Below are positions 25,789 through 35,349 of a stretch of DNA of 64,000 nt, piece after piece. How positions within the stretch are numbered: position 1 is the first letter of the stretch; every line of letters begins with the position of its first letter. The DNA comes from Patescibacteria group bacterium (GTDB lineage: Bacteria > Patescibacteriota > Patescibacteriia > Buchananbacterales > UBA6539). A program made the translations under genes and the position numbers. The DNA lies in NCBI GenBank assembly GCA_028688055.1, contig JAQTYZ010000001.1:178910-242909 (forward strand). Direction: 5' to 3'. The notes under the pieces are model-generated. The model saw nothing but the letters and a program-made list of their open reading frames with translations, had not been told where the DNA came from and ran no database searches.

Positions 25789-28364
25789 TGCTGCCGCTGT
25801 TTCAAATTAGCGTTCCCCAGCCAAACTATCCAACTGTCGGTTACAGTTTTAAAATTAGTCAGCCGTCTTTGTTTATTGGTTTTGATATTGCCGTCATTAT
25901 CGTTTTGGTGGTGGTTTTAGTGCTGTTGGTTAGGTATTTAATCAGAGCCATCAATTATGTGCCGGCCTCATTTCACAAAGTTGTGCTATTAGTCACCGTA
26001 CCTAAAGAATCTTCGGATGCCGCTGATCAGCAGGAAAATATTGAACAAATCAGAGCGCAAATTTCGTTGGCCGATAGCTGGCTGTCGACCCTCGGCGGTT
26101 TAAAGGCCCAGCGCGGTTTGCGGGCTTGGCTGTGGGGACGAACTGATGTCGTTTCCTTTGAATTAGTCTTGTGGCAGGGCGTTATTTCATTTTATGTCGC
26201 CGTTCCACAGCACCTGCGCGATTATCTTGAACAGCAGCTGCTCGCTCAGTATCCCGAAGCTAACTTGACGGAAGTTGGTGATTATAATATTTTTTCGCCT
26301 CAAGGCGTTGTTTTAAATGGTTATCTTAAATTTGCCAGAACATACATTTTTCCTCTCAAAACTTATCGTACTATGAATAGTGATCCGCTTAACGCACTGA
26401 CGACGTCGCTGAGCAGTGTTGGACCAGACGAAGGCATTGCGATTCAAATTGTGGCTCGTTCGGCGAAAAAAAAGTGGCATCGCAAGGGGATGAAAGTGGC
26501 CTCACAGCTGCAAAAAGGGAAAACCTTGTCTGAGGCGTTGGCGGCCGACCGCTGGTTCAGTTTTTTTTCGCTGGTCAATATTTTTAGATCAAAATCAAAG
26601 GAAGAAATTTTACAGGAAAAAACCAATCCTAAAACTTTGACGCCGATGGAACAGGAATTAGTGAAGGGGCTGGAGGAAAAAACATCAAAGGCTGGCTTGG
26701 ATTGTAACATTAGAATTATTGTCTCGGCAAAGAATAAAATGGCAGCGCAGGCGTATCTAACTCGCGTCGTTGATTCTTTTACCCAATATAATTATTACCA
26801 ATATGGCAACAGCCTGAAGTTGATTAAAGAGTCTCCTAATCGGATGGTTAATGATTTTATTTATCGGGCGTTTCGTGAAGATCAAAGAATGTTATTAAAT
26901 ACTGAAGAGCTGGCTAGTATTTATCATTTCCCGACGCCGTTTTTAGACACGCCTAATATCCGTTGGCTGTTGGCCAAAAAAATTGCGCCACCAAATAATA
27001 TGCCAACGGAGGGCTTATTGATTGGTGAAAATATTTTTCGTAGCCGCCAAGCTAATGTTTATATCAAAACCGACGATCGACGACGGCATACATATGTAAT
27101 CGGAATGACTGGCACCGGTAAATCGGTGCTAATGGCTAATATGGCCATTCAGGACATTCGCAATGGCCGCGGGGTTTGTGTGATTGATCCGCACGGCAGT
27201 TTGGTTGAAGATATTTTACCATCGATTCCGAAAGAACGGATCAACGATGTGATCTATTTTAATCCTTCGGACGTCGAGCGGCCGATTGGCTTAAATATGC
27301 TAGAGGCGGAAAATCCTGAACAACAAGATTTCGCCGTTCAGGAAATGATTTCGATTTTCTATAAGTTAGTTACTGACCCATCAATGGTCGGTCCGATGTT
27401 TGAACATAATATGCGAAATGCCATGCTGACGTTGATGGCGGATAAAGAAAACCCCGGAACCATTGCAGAAATTCCCAGAATTTTTACCGACAAAGATTTT
27501 CAAAAATATAAGGTTGGCAAAGTAACTGATCCGATGGTTAGATCTTTTTGGGAGCAGGAAATGGCAAAAACGTCCGATTTTCATAAGTCCGAAATGCTGG
27601 GCTATTTAATTTCGAAAGTTGGCCGGTTTATCGAAAATGCCATGGTGCGAAACATTATTGGCCAGCCTAAATCAGGTTTTAATTTTCGCGAGGTTATGGA
27701 TAACCAAAAGATTTTATTGGTGAATCTATCAAAAGGCAAAACCGGCGAAGTTAATAGCAATTTATTGGGCTTAATTATCGTCGCTAAGTTACAGATGGCC
27801 GCCTTATCAAGAACTGATTTACCGGAAGCTGAACGAAAGGATTTTTATTTATATATCGATGAGTTTCAGAATTTTATTACCGATAGCGTTGCCACCATTT
27901 TAGCCGAAGCCCGAAAGTATAAGTTAAACTTAATTTTAGCCCACCAATATTTAGGTCAATTAAGCGCCGCTACCGGGCCCGATAGTAAAAATTACGGTAG
28001 CAAAATTAGGGATGCAATATTTGGCAACGTTGGCACCTTGATTTCATTTCGGATCGGCGTTGAAGACGCGGAAGTCATCGCGAAGCAGATGAGCCCGACC
28101 GTTGATGAATATGATTTGATGAATATTGAAAAATATAACGCCTACCTTAGACTTTTGGTTGATAATCAGCCGATGCGGCCATTTAATATTCACACTTTTC
28201 CGCCGATTGAGGGCGATTTGAAAATTATTAATGAAATTACCGATTTTTCTCGTTGGCGCTATGGCGTCGACCGTCGAAAAGTCGAGGCGGATGTTATTGA
28301 ACGAAGCCAACTAGGGGCCAAGCCGATTCAAAATTTAACGCCGCCAATTGAAAGAACTTTATAA
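25785..28364 (+). CDS. FtsK/HerA-superfamily ATPase of the TrwB/TraD/VirD4 (type IV coupling protein) type, membrane-anchored
   Basis: N-terminal TM. Walker A GMTGTGKSV followed by VIDPHGS; Walker B LYIDEFQNF; downstream RKYKLNLILAHQ and ISFRIGVEDAEVI blocks, the same order as in TrwB and FtsK motor domains. Confidence 0.6.
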   Translation: MMLPLFQISVPQPNYPTVGYSFKISQPSLFIGFDIAVIIVLVVVLVLLVRYLIRAINYVPASFHKVVLLVTVPKESSDAADQQENIEQIRAQISLADSWLSTLGGLKAQRGLRAWLWGRTDVVSFELVLWQGVISFYVAVPQHLRDYLEQQLLAQYPEANLTEVGDYNIFSPQGVVLNGYLKFARTYIFPLKTYRTMNSDPLNALTTSLSSVGPDEGIAIQIVARSAKKKWHRKGMKVASQLQKGKTLSEALAADRWFSFFSLVNIFRSKSKEEILQEKTNPKTLTPMEQELVKGLEEKTSKAGLDCNIRIIVSAKNKMAAQAYLTRVVDSFTQYNYYQYGNSLKLIKESPNRMVNDFIYRAFREDQRMLLNTEELASIYHFPTPFLDTPNIRWLLAKKIAPPNNMPTEGLLIGENIFRSRQANVYIKTDDRRRHTYVIGMTGTGKSVLMANMAIQDIRNGRGVCVIDPHGSLVEDILPSIPKERINDVIYFNPSDVERPIGLNMLEAENPEQQDFAVQEMISIFYKLVTDPSMVGPMFEHNMRNAMLTLMADKENPGTIAEIPRIFTDKDFQKYKVGKVTDPMVRSFWEQEMAKTSDFHKSEMLGYLISKVGRFIENAMVRNIIGQPKSGFNFREVMDNQKILLVNLSKGKTGEVNSNLLGLIIVAKLQMAALSRTDLPEAERKDFYLYIDEFQNFITDSVATILAEARKYKLNLILAHQYLGQLSAATGPDSKNYGSKIRDAIFGNVGTLISFRIGVEDAEVIAKQMSPTVDEYDLMNIEKYNAYLRLLVDNQPMRPFNIHTFPPIEGDLKIINEITDFSRWRYGVDRRKVEADVIERSQLGAKPIQNLTPPIERTL

Positions 28365-28367
28365 ATT

Positions 28368-28910
28368 ATGATTTCAACTTTTATTGCTTCAGCGCTGTGG
28401 GTGGTTTTTATGGCACTAGTCATAATTATTTTGGGTACCATGGCAATTGCCGGCTTGTCCGCGGCCCCGTGGGTCCCGCTCTGGAAAAAAGATATTAGGC
28501 GGATGTTAAAGCTAGCTGGGGTTAAGCCAGGTGAAAAAGTCTATGATCTCGGCGCTGGCGACGGCCGGATAATTATTATTGCCGCGGAAGAATTTGGCGC
28601 CGTAGCTGTTGGCTATGAAATGGCTGTCTTGCCATATTGCTTGGCTTATATTAAAATAATGTTAAAGCGACTTAAGCCAAAAGTAAGTCTCAAGTATGCT
28701 AATTTTTTTGCCGAAGACCTCGGCGACGCCGATGTTGTCTGTACTTTTCTGAGTCCGGCGGCCATGGCAAAATTAAGACCAAAATTCGAAGCCGAAATAA
28801 AACCTGGTGGGCGAGTGGTTTCATTTGCCTTTCATATCCCTGGTTGGGAGCCGACTAAAGTTGAGAAGCCAAACCAAAAAACGACCGCGGTTTATCTCTA
28901 TCAGCGCTAA
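28368..28910 (+). CDS. Membrane-anchored class I SAM-dependent methyltransferase
   Basis: N-terminal TM, then motif I VYDLGAGDGRIII and motif II-like VVCTFL. Confidence 0.55.
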   Translation: MISTFIASALWVVFMALVIIILGTMAIAGLSAAPWVPLWKKDIRRMLKLAGVKPGEKVYDLGAGDGRIIIIAAEEFGAVAVGYEMAVLPYCLAYIKIMLKRLKPKVSLKYANFFAEDLGDADVVCTFLSPAAMAKLRPKFEAEIKPGGRVVSFAFHIPGWEPTKVEKPNQKTTAVYLYQR

Positions 28911-28934
28911 ACAGAATTCAGCGTAAAAATAAAA

Positions 28935-29558
28935 ATGATTCGAAAAATTAAAAAAAACACCGAAACCGAAGATTTACAAAATGACGAAGTCAGCGCTGTC
29001 GACGCGGAGCGCTATTTAGAATTAGTCAAAGATGTTTTGGAAAATACCCAATCCAATATTAAAAAGGCACTGAGCTTACTTCGGGAAAAAAATATCGATA
29101 CCCAAACCCTCCTGACCAGCCTAAAAGAAACCAAGGCGGCTAGCGAGGGATTTTTAACAGATGAAAAAGGTAATGAAAGAATCATCGAAGGAGTTTTTAA
29201 CGGTGAAAGAATGGTGGGCGGCGATGGCGTTGAATACAATATTCCCGCTAATTATGCCTCGAAATCTAAGTTGGTTGAAGGTGATATTTTAAAACTAACC
29301 ATTACCGGAACCGGTTCATTTATCTATAAGCAAATTGGTCCGGTGGAACGTCAGCAGCGCATTGCGCTGCTGGTACAAGATGAAACGACCCGTGACTGGT
29401 TTGCGGTGATGGGGACTCAGCGCTGGAAATTATTAACCGCTTCAGTAACTTATTTTCATGGCGGTCATGGCGACGAAGTGGTAATTTTAGTTCCCAATGA
29501 TGGCAGCACCAAGTGGGCGGCAGTTGAAAATATTATCAAAACCGGCAGCCGGTCATAA
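28935..29558 (+). CDS. Hypothetical protein
   Basis: Open frame with codon usage like neighbours; no recognisable motif. Confidence 0.4.
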   Translation: MIRKIKKNTETEDLQNDEVSAVDAERYLELVKDVLENTQSNIKKALSLLREKNIDTQTLLTSLKETKAASEGFLTDEKGNERIIEGVFNGERMVGGDGVEYNIPANYASKSKLVEGDILKLTITGTGSFIYKQIGPVERQQRIALLVQDETTRDWFAVMGTQRWKLLTASVTYFHGGHGDEVVILVPNDGSTKWAAVENIIKTGSRS

Positions 29559-30308
29559 TTTAATTTCCAAAATTCGATTTAGCTTGGCTAAGTCTTTTTT
29601 TATTATGAGCGTGGCGGCCGGGAAATAATCCTGCGCCAGTTTTTTAAAGTCGTTGGTTTGTCGGGGATCAAACTCGCAAAGAATAGCCAGGGGGATGATT
29701 TTTAAGTCAACAATTTGTTTAAACAACTTGCGGTAGTGATATAATCCGTTTTGTTTGGTAAACAAGGCAATTTGTGGTTCAAATTTCAGCCCACGGCTTG
29801 CGGCCGATGAATTATTTTGCCATTGTTTCCAGCCGTAGGGCAGATTGGCGGCAATGATGTCAAACTGCTTATTTTTAATTGGTGTTAGTAGGTTGCCGAC
29901 ATAGAATTTAACTTTGGTTTTATTCAAGCGGTTATTTTTTTTGGCAATTTCAATTGCTTTGGCTGAAATGTCGGTTGCCGAAATATCACATTTTGGTAAG
30001 CGTTTGGAGAGAGCAATCGCCACACAACCGCTCCCGGTGCCGATGTCGGCAATTGTCATTCTTGGTTTGGCTAGTTCTAAAACTGCTTCAACCAATATTT
30101 CCGTTTCGGGGCGGGGGATTAAGACGTTTTTATCAACATAAAAACCAAGCTCAAAAAATTCTTTATGCCCGGTCAAATAAGCAACCGGTACGCCTGCCAA
30201 CCTTTGTTTGATCAGTCTTGATAATTTTTTAATTAGCGCCTGGGGAACAATTTTTTCCGGATAAGTAAAAAGGAATTCTTTTGGTTTTTTCAATACCAAC
30301 GATAGCAA
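29553..30308 (-). CDS. prmC: Release-factor glutamine N5-methyltransferase PrmC (HemK)
   Basis: DIGTGSGCVAIAL SAM motif and NLPY (NPPY-type) catalytic motif; adjacent to prfA. Confidence 0.8.
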   Translation of the reverse strand: MLSLVLKKPKEFLFTYPEKIVPQALIKKLSRLIKQRLAGVPVAYLTGHKEFFELGFYVDKNVLIPRPETEILVEAVLELAKPRMTIADIGTGSGCVAIALSKRLPKCDISATDISAKAIEIAKKNNRLNKTKVKFYVGNLLTPIKNKQFDIIAANLPYGWKQWQNNSSAASRGLKFEPQIALFTKQNGLYHYRKLFKQIVDLKIIPLAILCEFDPRQTNDFKKLAQDYFPAATLIIKKDLAKLNRILEIKL

Positions 30309-30442
30309 AACCTCAGCATCAAGCTCCGGCGTGGTAATGTTGGCTTGACTTAAGGATTTGCCAGTTTCCGTTAGTAAATTGGCAATGGTTTTTGACTTTT
30401 TGATAAATATATGCTTAGATTAAGCGGGAAATATGCAAGGAG

Positions 30443-30886
30443 GTGGCCATGTATCCTTTACGTTGTCGGTGTATTGTTTGCGGTCAGTCTGGGTTGTTGA
30501 CACTTCGGCGCACCCGCCTTGTCAACAAGTTTAACCCCGAAGGCCTGCCAGTTTGGGTCCATCGCGGGGAGTGCGCCGTCTGTAACGATGAAGCGACGAT
30601 AAGCCATAGTGGCTTGTTGGGAACAATGGCGGTGCTGTATGAACGTCGGCTCTGTTGCGTTTGTGGCACTGGCGCGGGGTTTTTTGGCCGCCGCCGCTTG
30701 GGAGATATCTCGCTAGTTAGCGGGTATAATCAGGCTTGTCAGCCGGCCCATGTTCATGACGAAAATTGTTTTGACCTGTATGTCAAATCACATCAGACAT
30801 TGTGGCATGAGCTCGATATGAGCGAACTTTTGCGGCAATTGGCCGCAATTAGAGACGCGCACATGCTATCCCACGTTGAACCTTGA
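30443..30886 (+). CDS. Small Cys-rich protein (CRCIVC ... CAVC ... CCVC), GC-rich, inserted between prmC and prfA
   Basis: AAGGAGGTG RBS 5 nt before the ATG. 147 aa with about 10 Cys; shares CxxC ... CCVC spacing with the 23829-24104 protein. GC much higher than flanks. Confidence 0.5.
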   Translation: MAMYPLRCRCIVCGQSGLLTLRRTRLVNKFNPEGLPVWVHRGECAVCNDEATISHSGLLGTMAVLYERRLCCVCGTGAGFFGRRRLGDISLVSGYNQACQPAHVHDENCFDLYVKSHQTLWHELDMSELLRQLAAIRDAHMLSHVEP

Positions 30887-30914
30887 CCCTGAGGGACGTT
30901 TGTCTCTCTTTTTT

Positions 30915-31958
30915 TTATTTAGCCGCTTTTTTTAGGGCATCAATGACTGGCTGAATATCGCCGTCCATTATGGTGATTAGGTTGTGCCAGCTCATTTTAA
31001 TGCGGTGATCAGTGATCCGATCTTGCGGAAAGTTATAGGTCCTAATTTTTTCCGAACGATCACCCGAACCGATTTGCGAATTTCTGGCGTCGCCTCGTTC
31101 CTTGGCCTTCCGCTCTTCTTCCGCGGCCAGTAATCGCGAGCGTAGAATTTGCATCGCCTTATCTTTATTTTTCAATTGTGATTTTTCGTCTTGACAGGTA
31201 ACAACGGTGTTAGTCGGTAAGTGGGTAATGCGGACAGCCGAGTCGGTCGTGTTAACGCTTTGACCGCCGTGACCCCCGGAGCGGTAGACATCAATTTTTA
31301 AGTCTCCAGCCTTGATCTGAATATCAACTTCCTCGGCTTCCGGCAGCACCGCCACGGTCGCCGCTGAGGTGTGAACGCGGCCGCTTTTTTCCGTTTCGGG
31401 AACGCGTTGAACGCGATGAACGCCGCTTTCATATTTTAAATTTGAATAGACTTCCGAGCCGCTTATCTCAAAAATAATTTCTTTGAACCCACCAATGCCA
31501 ATGCGGTTGGAATCTAAAATTTTTGACTTCCAACCCCTTTTTTCCGCATAGTGCGAATACATCCGAAATAAATTAGCGGCAAATAAGGCTGCTTCGTCGC
31601 CGCCGGTGCCGGCTCTAATTTCAATAATAATGTTTTTGTCGTCCAAAGGATCCTTGGGCTTTAGCGCCAGTTCAATTTCAGCTTCCAGATTTTCCCGCTG
31701 GGTCGATAAAATGGCAATTTCTTCTTCGGCAATTAAAACCAACTCATTGTCGGAATCGGCCGCAAAAGTTTCTTTAGCTTCTGATAGTTGCCTTTCGACC
31801 CGCTCTAAATCCTTAATCAGTTTAACCACGCCTTCAAGCTGATTAAACTCCTGTGAAAGTTTTTTTAGCTTATCAGGGATAGTCGCAACATCAGGCGAGC
31901 TCAGCTCGTTGTTTATTTGGTCGTATCGATTTAAGACGTCTCCGAGTTTTTTATCCAT
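30915..31958 (-). CDS. prfA: Peptide chain release factor 1
   Basis: GGQ motif ([12 protein letters not shown]) and PxT-type RF1 layout. Confidence 0.9.
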   Translation of the reverse strand: MDKKLGDVLNRYDQINNELSSPDVATIPDKLKKLSQEFNQLEGVVKLIKDLERVERQLSEAKETFAADSDNELVLIAEEEIAILSTQRENLEAEIELALKPKDPLDDKNIIIEIRAGTGGDEAALFAANLFRMYSHYAEKRGWKSKILDSNRIGIGGFKEIIFEISGSEVYSNLKYESGVHRVQRVPETEKSGRVHTSAATVAVLPEAEEVDIQIKAGDLKIDVYRSGGHGGQSVNTTDSAVRITHLPTNTVVTCQDEKSQLKNKDKAMQILRSRLLAAEEERKAKERGDARNSQIGSGDRSEKIRTYNFPQDRITDHRIKMSWHNLITIMDGDIQPVIDALKKAAK

Positions 31959-32011
31959 ATTTTTACTATAACAAAAACTCCCTGGGTTGCAAGGAGCTTT
32001 CGACGAGGTAG

Positions 32012-32299
32012 TTATTTTTCTTTTTTAGCAGCTTTCTTTTTTGAAGCCGTGGCCACGCGCTTGGCTTTTTTGCCCTTGCGAACAGCAGCGACAGCCACTT
32101 GCTTGGCGGCTCGTTCTTTGAATTTTTCAACTCGGCCGGAAGTGTCGACGAGGTTTTGTTTGCCGGTATAGAAAGGATGACACATGGAGCAGATTTCAAC
32201 CTGTAGTTCTTCAATGGTTGAGCCAACCGTAAAGTTGTTACCGCAAGCGCAGGTAACTTTGGCATTTGGATAATATTTTGGATGAATTTTATCTTTCAT
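32012..32299 (-). CDS. rpmE: 50S ribosomal protein L31 with Lys/Ala-rich C-terminal extension
   Basis: [48 protein letters not shown]. Confidence 0.85.
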   Translation of the reverse strand: MKDKIHPKYYPNAKVTCACGNNFTVGSTIEELQVEICSMCHPFYTGKQNLVDTSGRVEKFKERAAKQVAVAAVRKGKKAKRVATASKKKAAKKEK

Positions 32300-32332
32300 A
32301 GGTTTAAATACCTACGTATACTAACACAACAT

Positions 32333-32758
32333 TTATTTTTTGGCAAGAGTTTTTGGCTTATGCTCGTGTAATTCCTTTGACCGTTGGGTGATGGCAAAAA
32401 CCCCTAAAACGCTGGTATAAACGACGGCAAAATCGGCTGGCACCTTATATTGGCCATGGGATATGGTGGCGGTAACAACAAAAATAATCATTATTGCCGT
32501 CCAGGCAATTACAAAGATTTCACCTAAAAATCTGGAAATAAAGCTATTTTTCCAGCGACTGAATTCTTTGTCACTGGCATAAATGCCTAAAATGGCTAAG
32601 TAAATTATCCCAATAACGCTGGCTGAGCTGTCGAATCTATTATTGGATAAAAAATCAACAAAAAAGAGGATTATTGTTAATATTCCCCAAATGTCGACAA
32701 TGGCCTTCAAAACTAGCCGACTAAAATTATTGTCTTGATGATTTTTCTTTGGTGGCAT
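32333..32758 (-). CDS. Small membrane protein, hypothetical
   Basis: Four predicted TM helices; no known motif. Confidence 0.45.
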   Translation of the reverse strand: MPPKKNHQDNNFSRLVLKAIVDIWGILTIILFFVDFLSNNRFDSSASVIGIIYLAILGIYASDKEFSRWKNSFISRFLGEIFVIAWTAIMIIFVVTATISHGQYKVPADFAVVYTSVLGVFAITQRSKELHEHKPKTLAKK

Positions 32759-32864
32759 TAATTAAATTATAGCATATTTTTCCAGCGAAGGGGACATTGA
32801 CAGTGGGATAATTAACTCTTAGGATAAGCAACGAGAGGGGAACTGTTCGTTTTGACAATTAGTT

Positions 32865-33311
32865 TTGGCTAAAAGCAAATGCGGAAAGGAATGGAAGATG
32901 ATAAGGGGCGAGTATATTGAGTTTATGGTATTCGACCACCGGGTCTATCTATTAGACCACACGCTTTTCGATGTAGCAGCTTCAGGCACAACACATGCGT
33001 CCCTAGTGGACGTTAATAACGATTTGGAACAAATTGCCAGAAGCCTAAGGGAAGCCATCGCTGCCGGTAAAACAACTTTGTTGGTTGCCGTTGATTCATC
33101 AACATTCAGACTGTTGGTGCTTAATCGGATCGTGACCGCGGAAGAGGTTGAAAGGGCTACGCCGGGAAAGCGTGGTAACCAGGAAACGCTGACCTGCGAC
33201 GACCTGAATTTTCCCCATGTTGGCGCCTTAACCGTGATTATCGGTGCCGGCGATACCGTGTGGCACGAGGGCTCAAGTGGTGAGCCGAAGCGGTATCTGT
33301 TTCTTAGCTAG
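32865..33311 (+). CDS. Hypothetical protein (GC-elevated orphan)
   Basis: Open frame; an in-frame ATG at 32898 has AAGGAA 6 nt upstream. Followed by a strong terminator. Confidence 0.35.
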   Translation: MAKSKCGKEWKMIRGEYIEFMVFDHRVYLLDHTLFDVAASGTTHASLVDVNNDLEQIARSLREAIAAGKTTLLVAVDSSTFRLLVLNRIVTAEEVERATPGKRGNQETLTCDDLNFPHVGALTVIIGAGDTVWHEGSSGEPKRYLFLS

Positions 33312-33354
33312 GAGGCGGTTTAGCGTTTACTTGCTATTTGCAGTGCGTTTATAG

Positions 33355-33399
33355 CACTCCCAGTCAACCGGGTTCGGTTGCGGATGGGAGTGTTTTTTT
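33355..33399 (+). terminator. Rho-independent terminator (CACTCCCA ... TGGGAGTG with nested CAACC/GGTTG hairpin, then T7)
   Basis: 8-bp outer stem, inner 5-bp stem, TTTTTTT run. Confidence 0.6.
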
Positions 33400-33552
33400 A
33401 TCCTCGCGGTGTTTTGTCATTGTGAGGATCCGCCTACTGGCGGAGACGCGGCAATCTGGGTGTTTTTTCATTGGTCAGGGTGCGAGATTGCTTCACTCAC
33501 TTCGTTCGCTTGCGATGACATACTTATTTATTGAGCTTACGGCCAAGCAGTC

Positions 33553-33581
33553 TTGACAAGTTTTTAGCAAATGTTTAGAAT
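33553..33581 (+). promoter_or_regulatory. hrcA operon promoter (TTGACA-17-TAGAAT)
   Basis: Consensus -35, 17-nt spacer, good -10; CIRCE starts 5 nt downstream of the -10. Confidence 0.55.
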
Positions 33582-33585
33582 GGAA

Positions 33586-33612
33586 TTAGCACTCGACTAT
33601 AAAGAGTGCTAA
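33586..33612 (+). promoter_or_regulatory. CIRCE operator (TTAGCACTC-N9-GAGTGCTAA), perfect consensus
   Basis: Exact match to the HrcA-binding inverted repeat, directly upstream of the hrcA start. Confidence 0.85.
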
Positions 33613-33623
33613 TAGGTCAGCTT

Positions 33624-34325
33624 ATGAATAGTCGTCAGGAGACCCTCTTAAAATTCATTACTTCCGAGTACATCAAGACTGCGGTGCCGGTCGGCTCTAA
33701 ATTAATTGCCGAAGTCGGTAATTTTGATTTGTCGTCGGCCACCATTCGAAACGAAATGGCCGAACTTGAGAATGAAGGCTATATTTTCCAGCCTCACACC
33801 TCAGCCGGTCGCGTGCCGTCGGAAAAGGGTTATCTCTTTTACGTCCAAAATTTTTTAAACGATGCTACTTTATCAAAAAGGCAAAAAGAGACACTTGATA
33901 GCGCGGTATCCGTGGAAAATATTTTCGACAATTTGTTGATTAAAAATCTAGCCAAGCATATCTCCAGTTTCACTGCCGCCGCGGTTTTCGTCGCTTTTTC
34001 GGAAAATGATTTTTATTACACCGGCATTTCCAATTTATTTGAACAACCGGAATTTGCCGAACAGCAGTTGGTGAGACATTTGGGCGATGTTATTGATCAC
34101 TTAGACCTAACCATTAATAAAATTTTTGATCAGCTTGTTGACACGGTCGAAATTTCCATCGGTTCGAAAAATCCTTTCAGTCGCGATTGCAGTTCGGTCA
34201 TCGCCAAATATTCGGCCAAAGATCGTACGGGTATCATCGGCGTTTTGGGGCCGTTGCGAATGGACTATCAGACTAATTTTAGTTTAATCAAATATAGCCA
34301 GCAGTTAATTAATAATTTGAAATAA
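33624..34325 (+). CDS. hrcA: Heat-inducible transcription repressor HrcA (short form)
   Basis: RQETLLKFITSEYIKTAVPVGSKLIAE wHTH N-terminus typical of HrcA. Start at the ATG after CIRCE (M7 of the track ORF). Confidence 0.8.
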   Translation: MNSRQETLLKFITSEYIKTAVPVGSKLIAEVGNFDLSSATIRNEMAELENEGYIFQPHTSAGRVPSEKGYLFYVQNFLNDATLSKRQKETLDSAVSVENIFDNLLIKNLAKHISSFTAAAVFVAFSENDFYYTGISNLFEQPEFAEQQLVRHLGDVIDHLDLTINKIFDQLVDTVEISIGSKNPFSRDCSSVIAKYSAKDRTGIIGVLGPLRMDYQTNFSLIKYSQQLINNLK

Positions 34326-34844
34326 ATGACTGACGAAAATTTGGAGCAAAATAATATCGCTGATAATAATGAGGAGCCAAATCTCGGTGAAAATAATAGT
34401 GAGTTAGCAACGGTAAAAATCAAGGCGGAGGAATATTTAAACGGTTGGAAGCGCGCGAAAGCTGACTATATTAATTTAAAAAAAGATACCGAGAAACGCA
34501 CGGCTGAAATTATTCAGTATGCCAACGCTGCTTTAATAGCTGAGTTACTACCGATATTCGATAATTTTAAATTGGCGCTTAAGCATATTCCCGAACCAGC
34601 CAAGTCAGCTGAATGGGTGACTGGGTTTATTCATATTAAAAAACAGTTTGATGATTTTTTGAAACAGCTAGGTATTGAAGAAATCAAAACAGACGGTGAT
34701 AAATTTAATCCCGAGTTTCACGAAGCCGTTGCGACCGAAAGTCAAGCTGACGTTGAATCCGGTGTCATCTATGAAGAAGTTAAAAGCGGCTACACTTTGC
34801 ACGGCAAGGTGGTCGTGCCGGCGAAAGTAAAAGTCGCCAAATAA
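34326..34844 (+). CDS. grpE: Nucleotide exchange factor GrpE
   Basis: Coiled-coil N-terminus, then RTAEIIQYANAALIAELLPIFDNFKLAL and a C-terminal beta domain. Confidence 0.8.
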   Translation: MTDENLEQNNIADNNEEPNLGENNSELATVKIKAEEYLNGWKRAKADYINLKKDTEKRTAEIIQYANAALIAELLPIFDNFKLALKHIPEPAKSAEWVTGFIHIKKQFDDFLKQLGIEEIKTDGDKFNPEFHEAVATESQADVESGVIYEEVKSGYTLHGKVVVPAKVKVAK

Positions 34845-34938
34845 ATATTAATCATAATTAGGTCATCCTGAATTTGATTTAGTATCTCGATGATAGCTAA
34901 GAGATTCTGAAATAAATTCAGGCTGGCGGAGAAAACAT

Positions 34939-35349
34939 ATGTCAATTATTAAATGGGCGCCATTTCTTGAACCGTTTGAAGAAATGGAAAAATTTATGTC
35001 CGACGCGTCGAGTCGCAATTATGCTCCGGCCGTCGACGTTTACGAAACCGCCGACAGCGTTATTATTGAGTCACCGTTAGCCGGTGTTGATCCGAATAAT
35101 GTTGAAGTTTCAATTGAAAATGACACCTTGTCGATTAAGGGGCAGTTTAAGAAGGAGTCGGAAGTTGATGATAAAAATTATTACCGTAAAGAAATTAGCT
35201 CGGGCAGTTTCTATCGTTCCGTCGCGCTGCCGTCAAAAGTTGAAAAAGACAAGGCGGTGGCCGAATCGAAAGATGGATTATTGAAGATTACTATCCCGAA
35301 AGCACCGGAATCAAAACCGACTTCAATCAAAATCAGTGTCACGAAATAA
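34939..35349 (+). CDS. Hsp20/alpha-crystallin family small heat shock protein
   Basis: PAVDVYETADSVIIESPLAGVDPNNVEVSIENDTLSIKGQ alpha-crystallin domain. Confidence 0.8.
   Translation: MSIIKWAPFLEPFEEMEKFMSDASSRNYAPAVDVYETADSVIIESPLAGVDPNNVEVSIENDTLSIKGQFKKESEVDDKNYYRKEISSGSFYRSVALPSKVEKDKAVAESKDGLLKITIPKAPESKPTSIKISVTK

Noticed and set aside
25785-28364. Alternative call of the 859-aa ATPase as the cell-division translocase FtsK
   Set aside because: Not fully excluded, since the motif order is shared. Only one N-terminal TM is visible instead of the usual four, no gamma (winged-helix KOPS-reading) domain is recognisable, and it is co-operonic with a methyltransferase rather than division genes. 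Labelled TrwB/VirD4/FtsK-superfamily instead.
31966-32265. 99-aa minus-strand ORF overlapping rpmE
   Set aside because: Alternative frame of the L31 gene. The L31 reading has the canonical CxxC ... CxxC ribosomal signature.
33338-33556. 72-aa plus ORF in the hrcA upstream region
   Set aside because: Spans three hairpins, two U-tracts and the hrcA promoter; no RBS; more likely structured non-coding RNA/DNA than protein.
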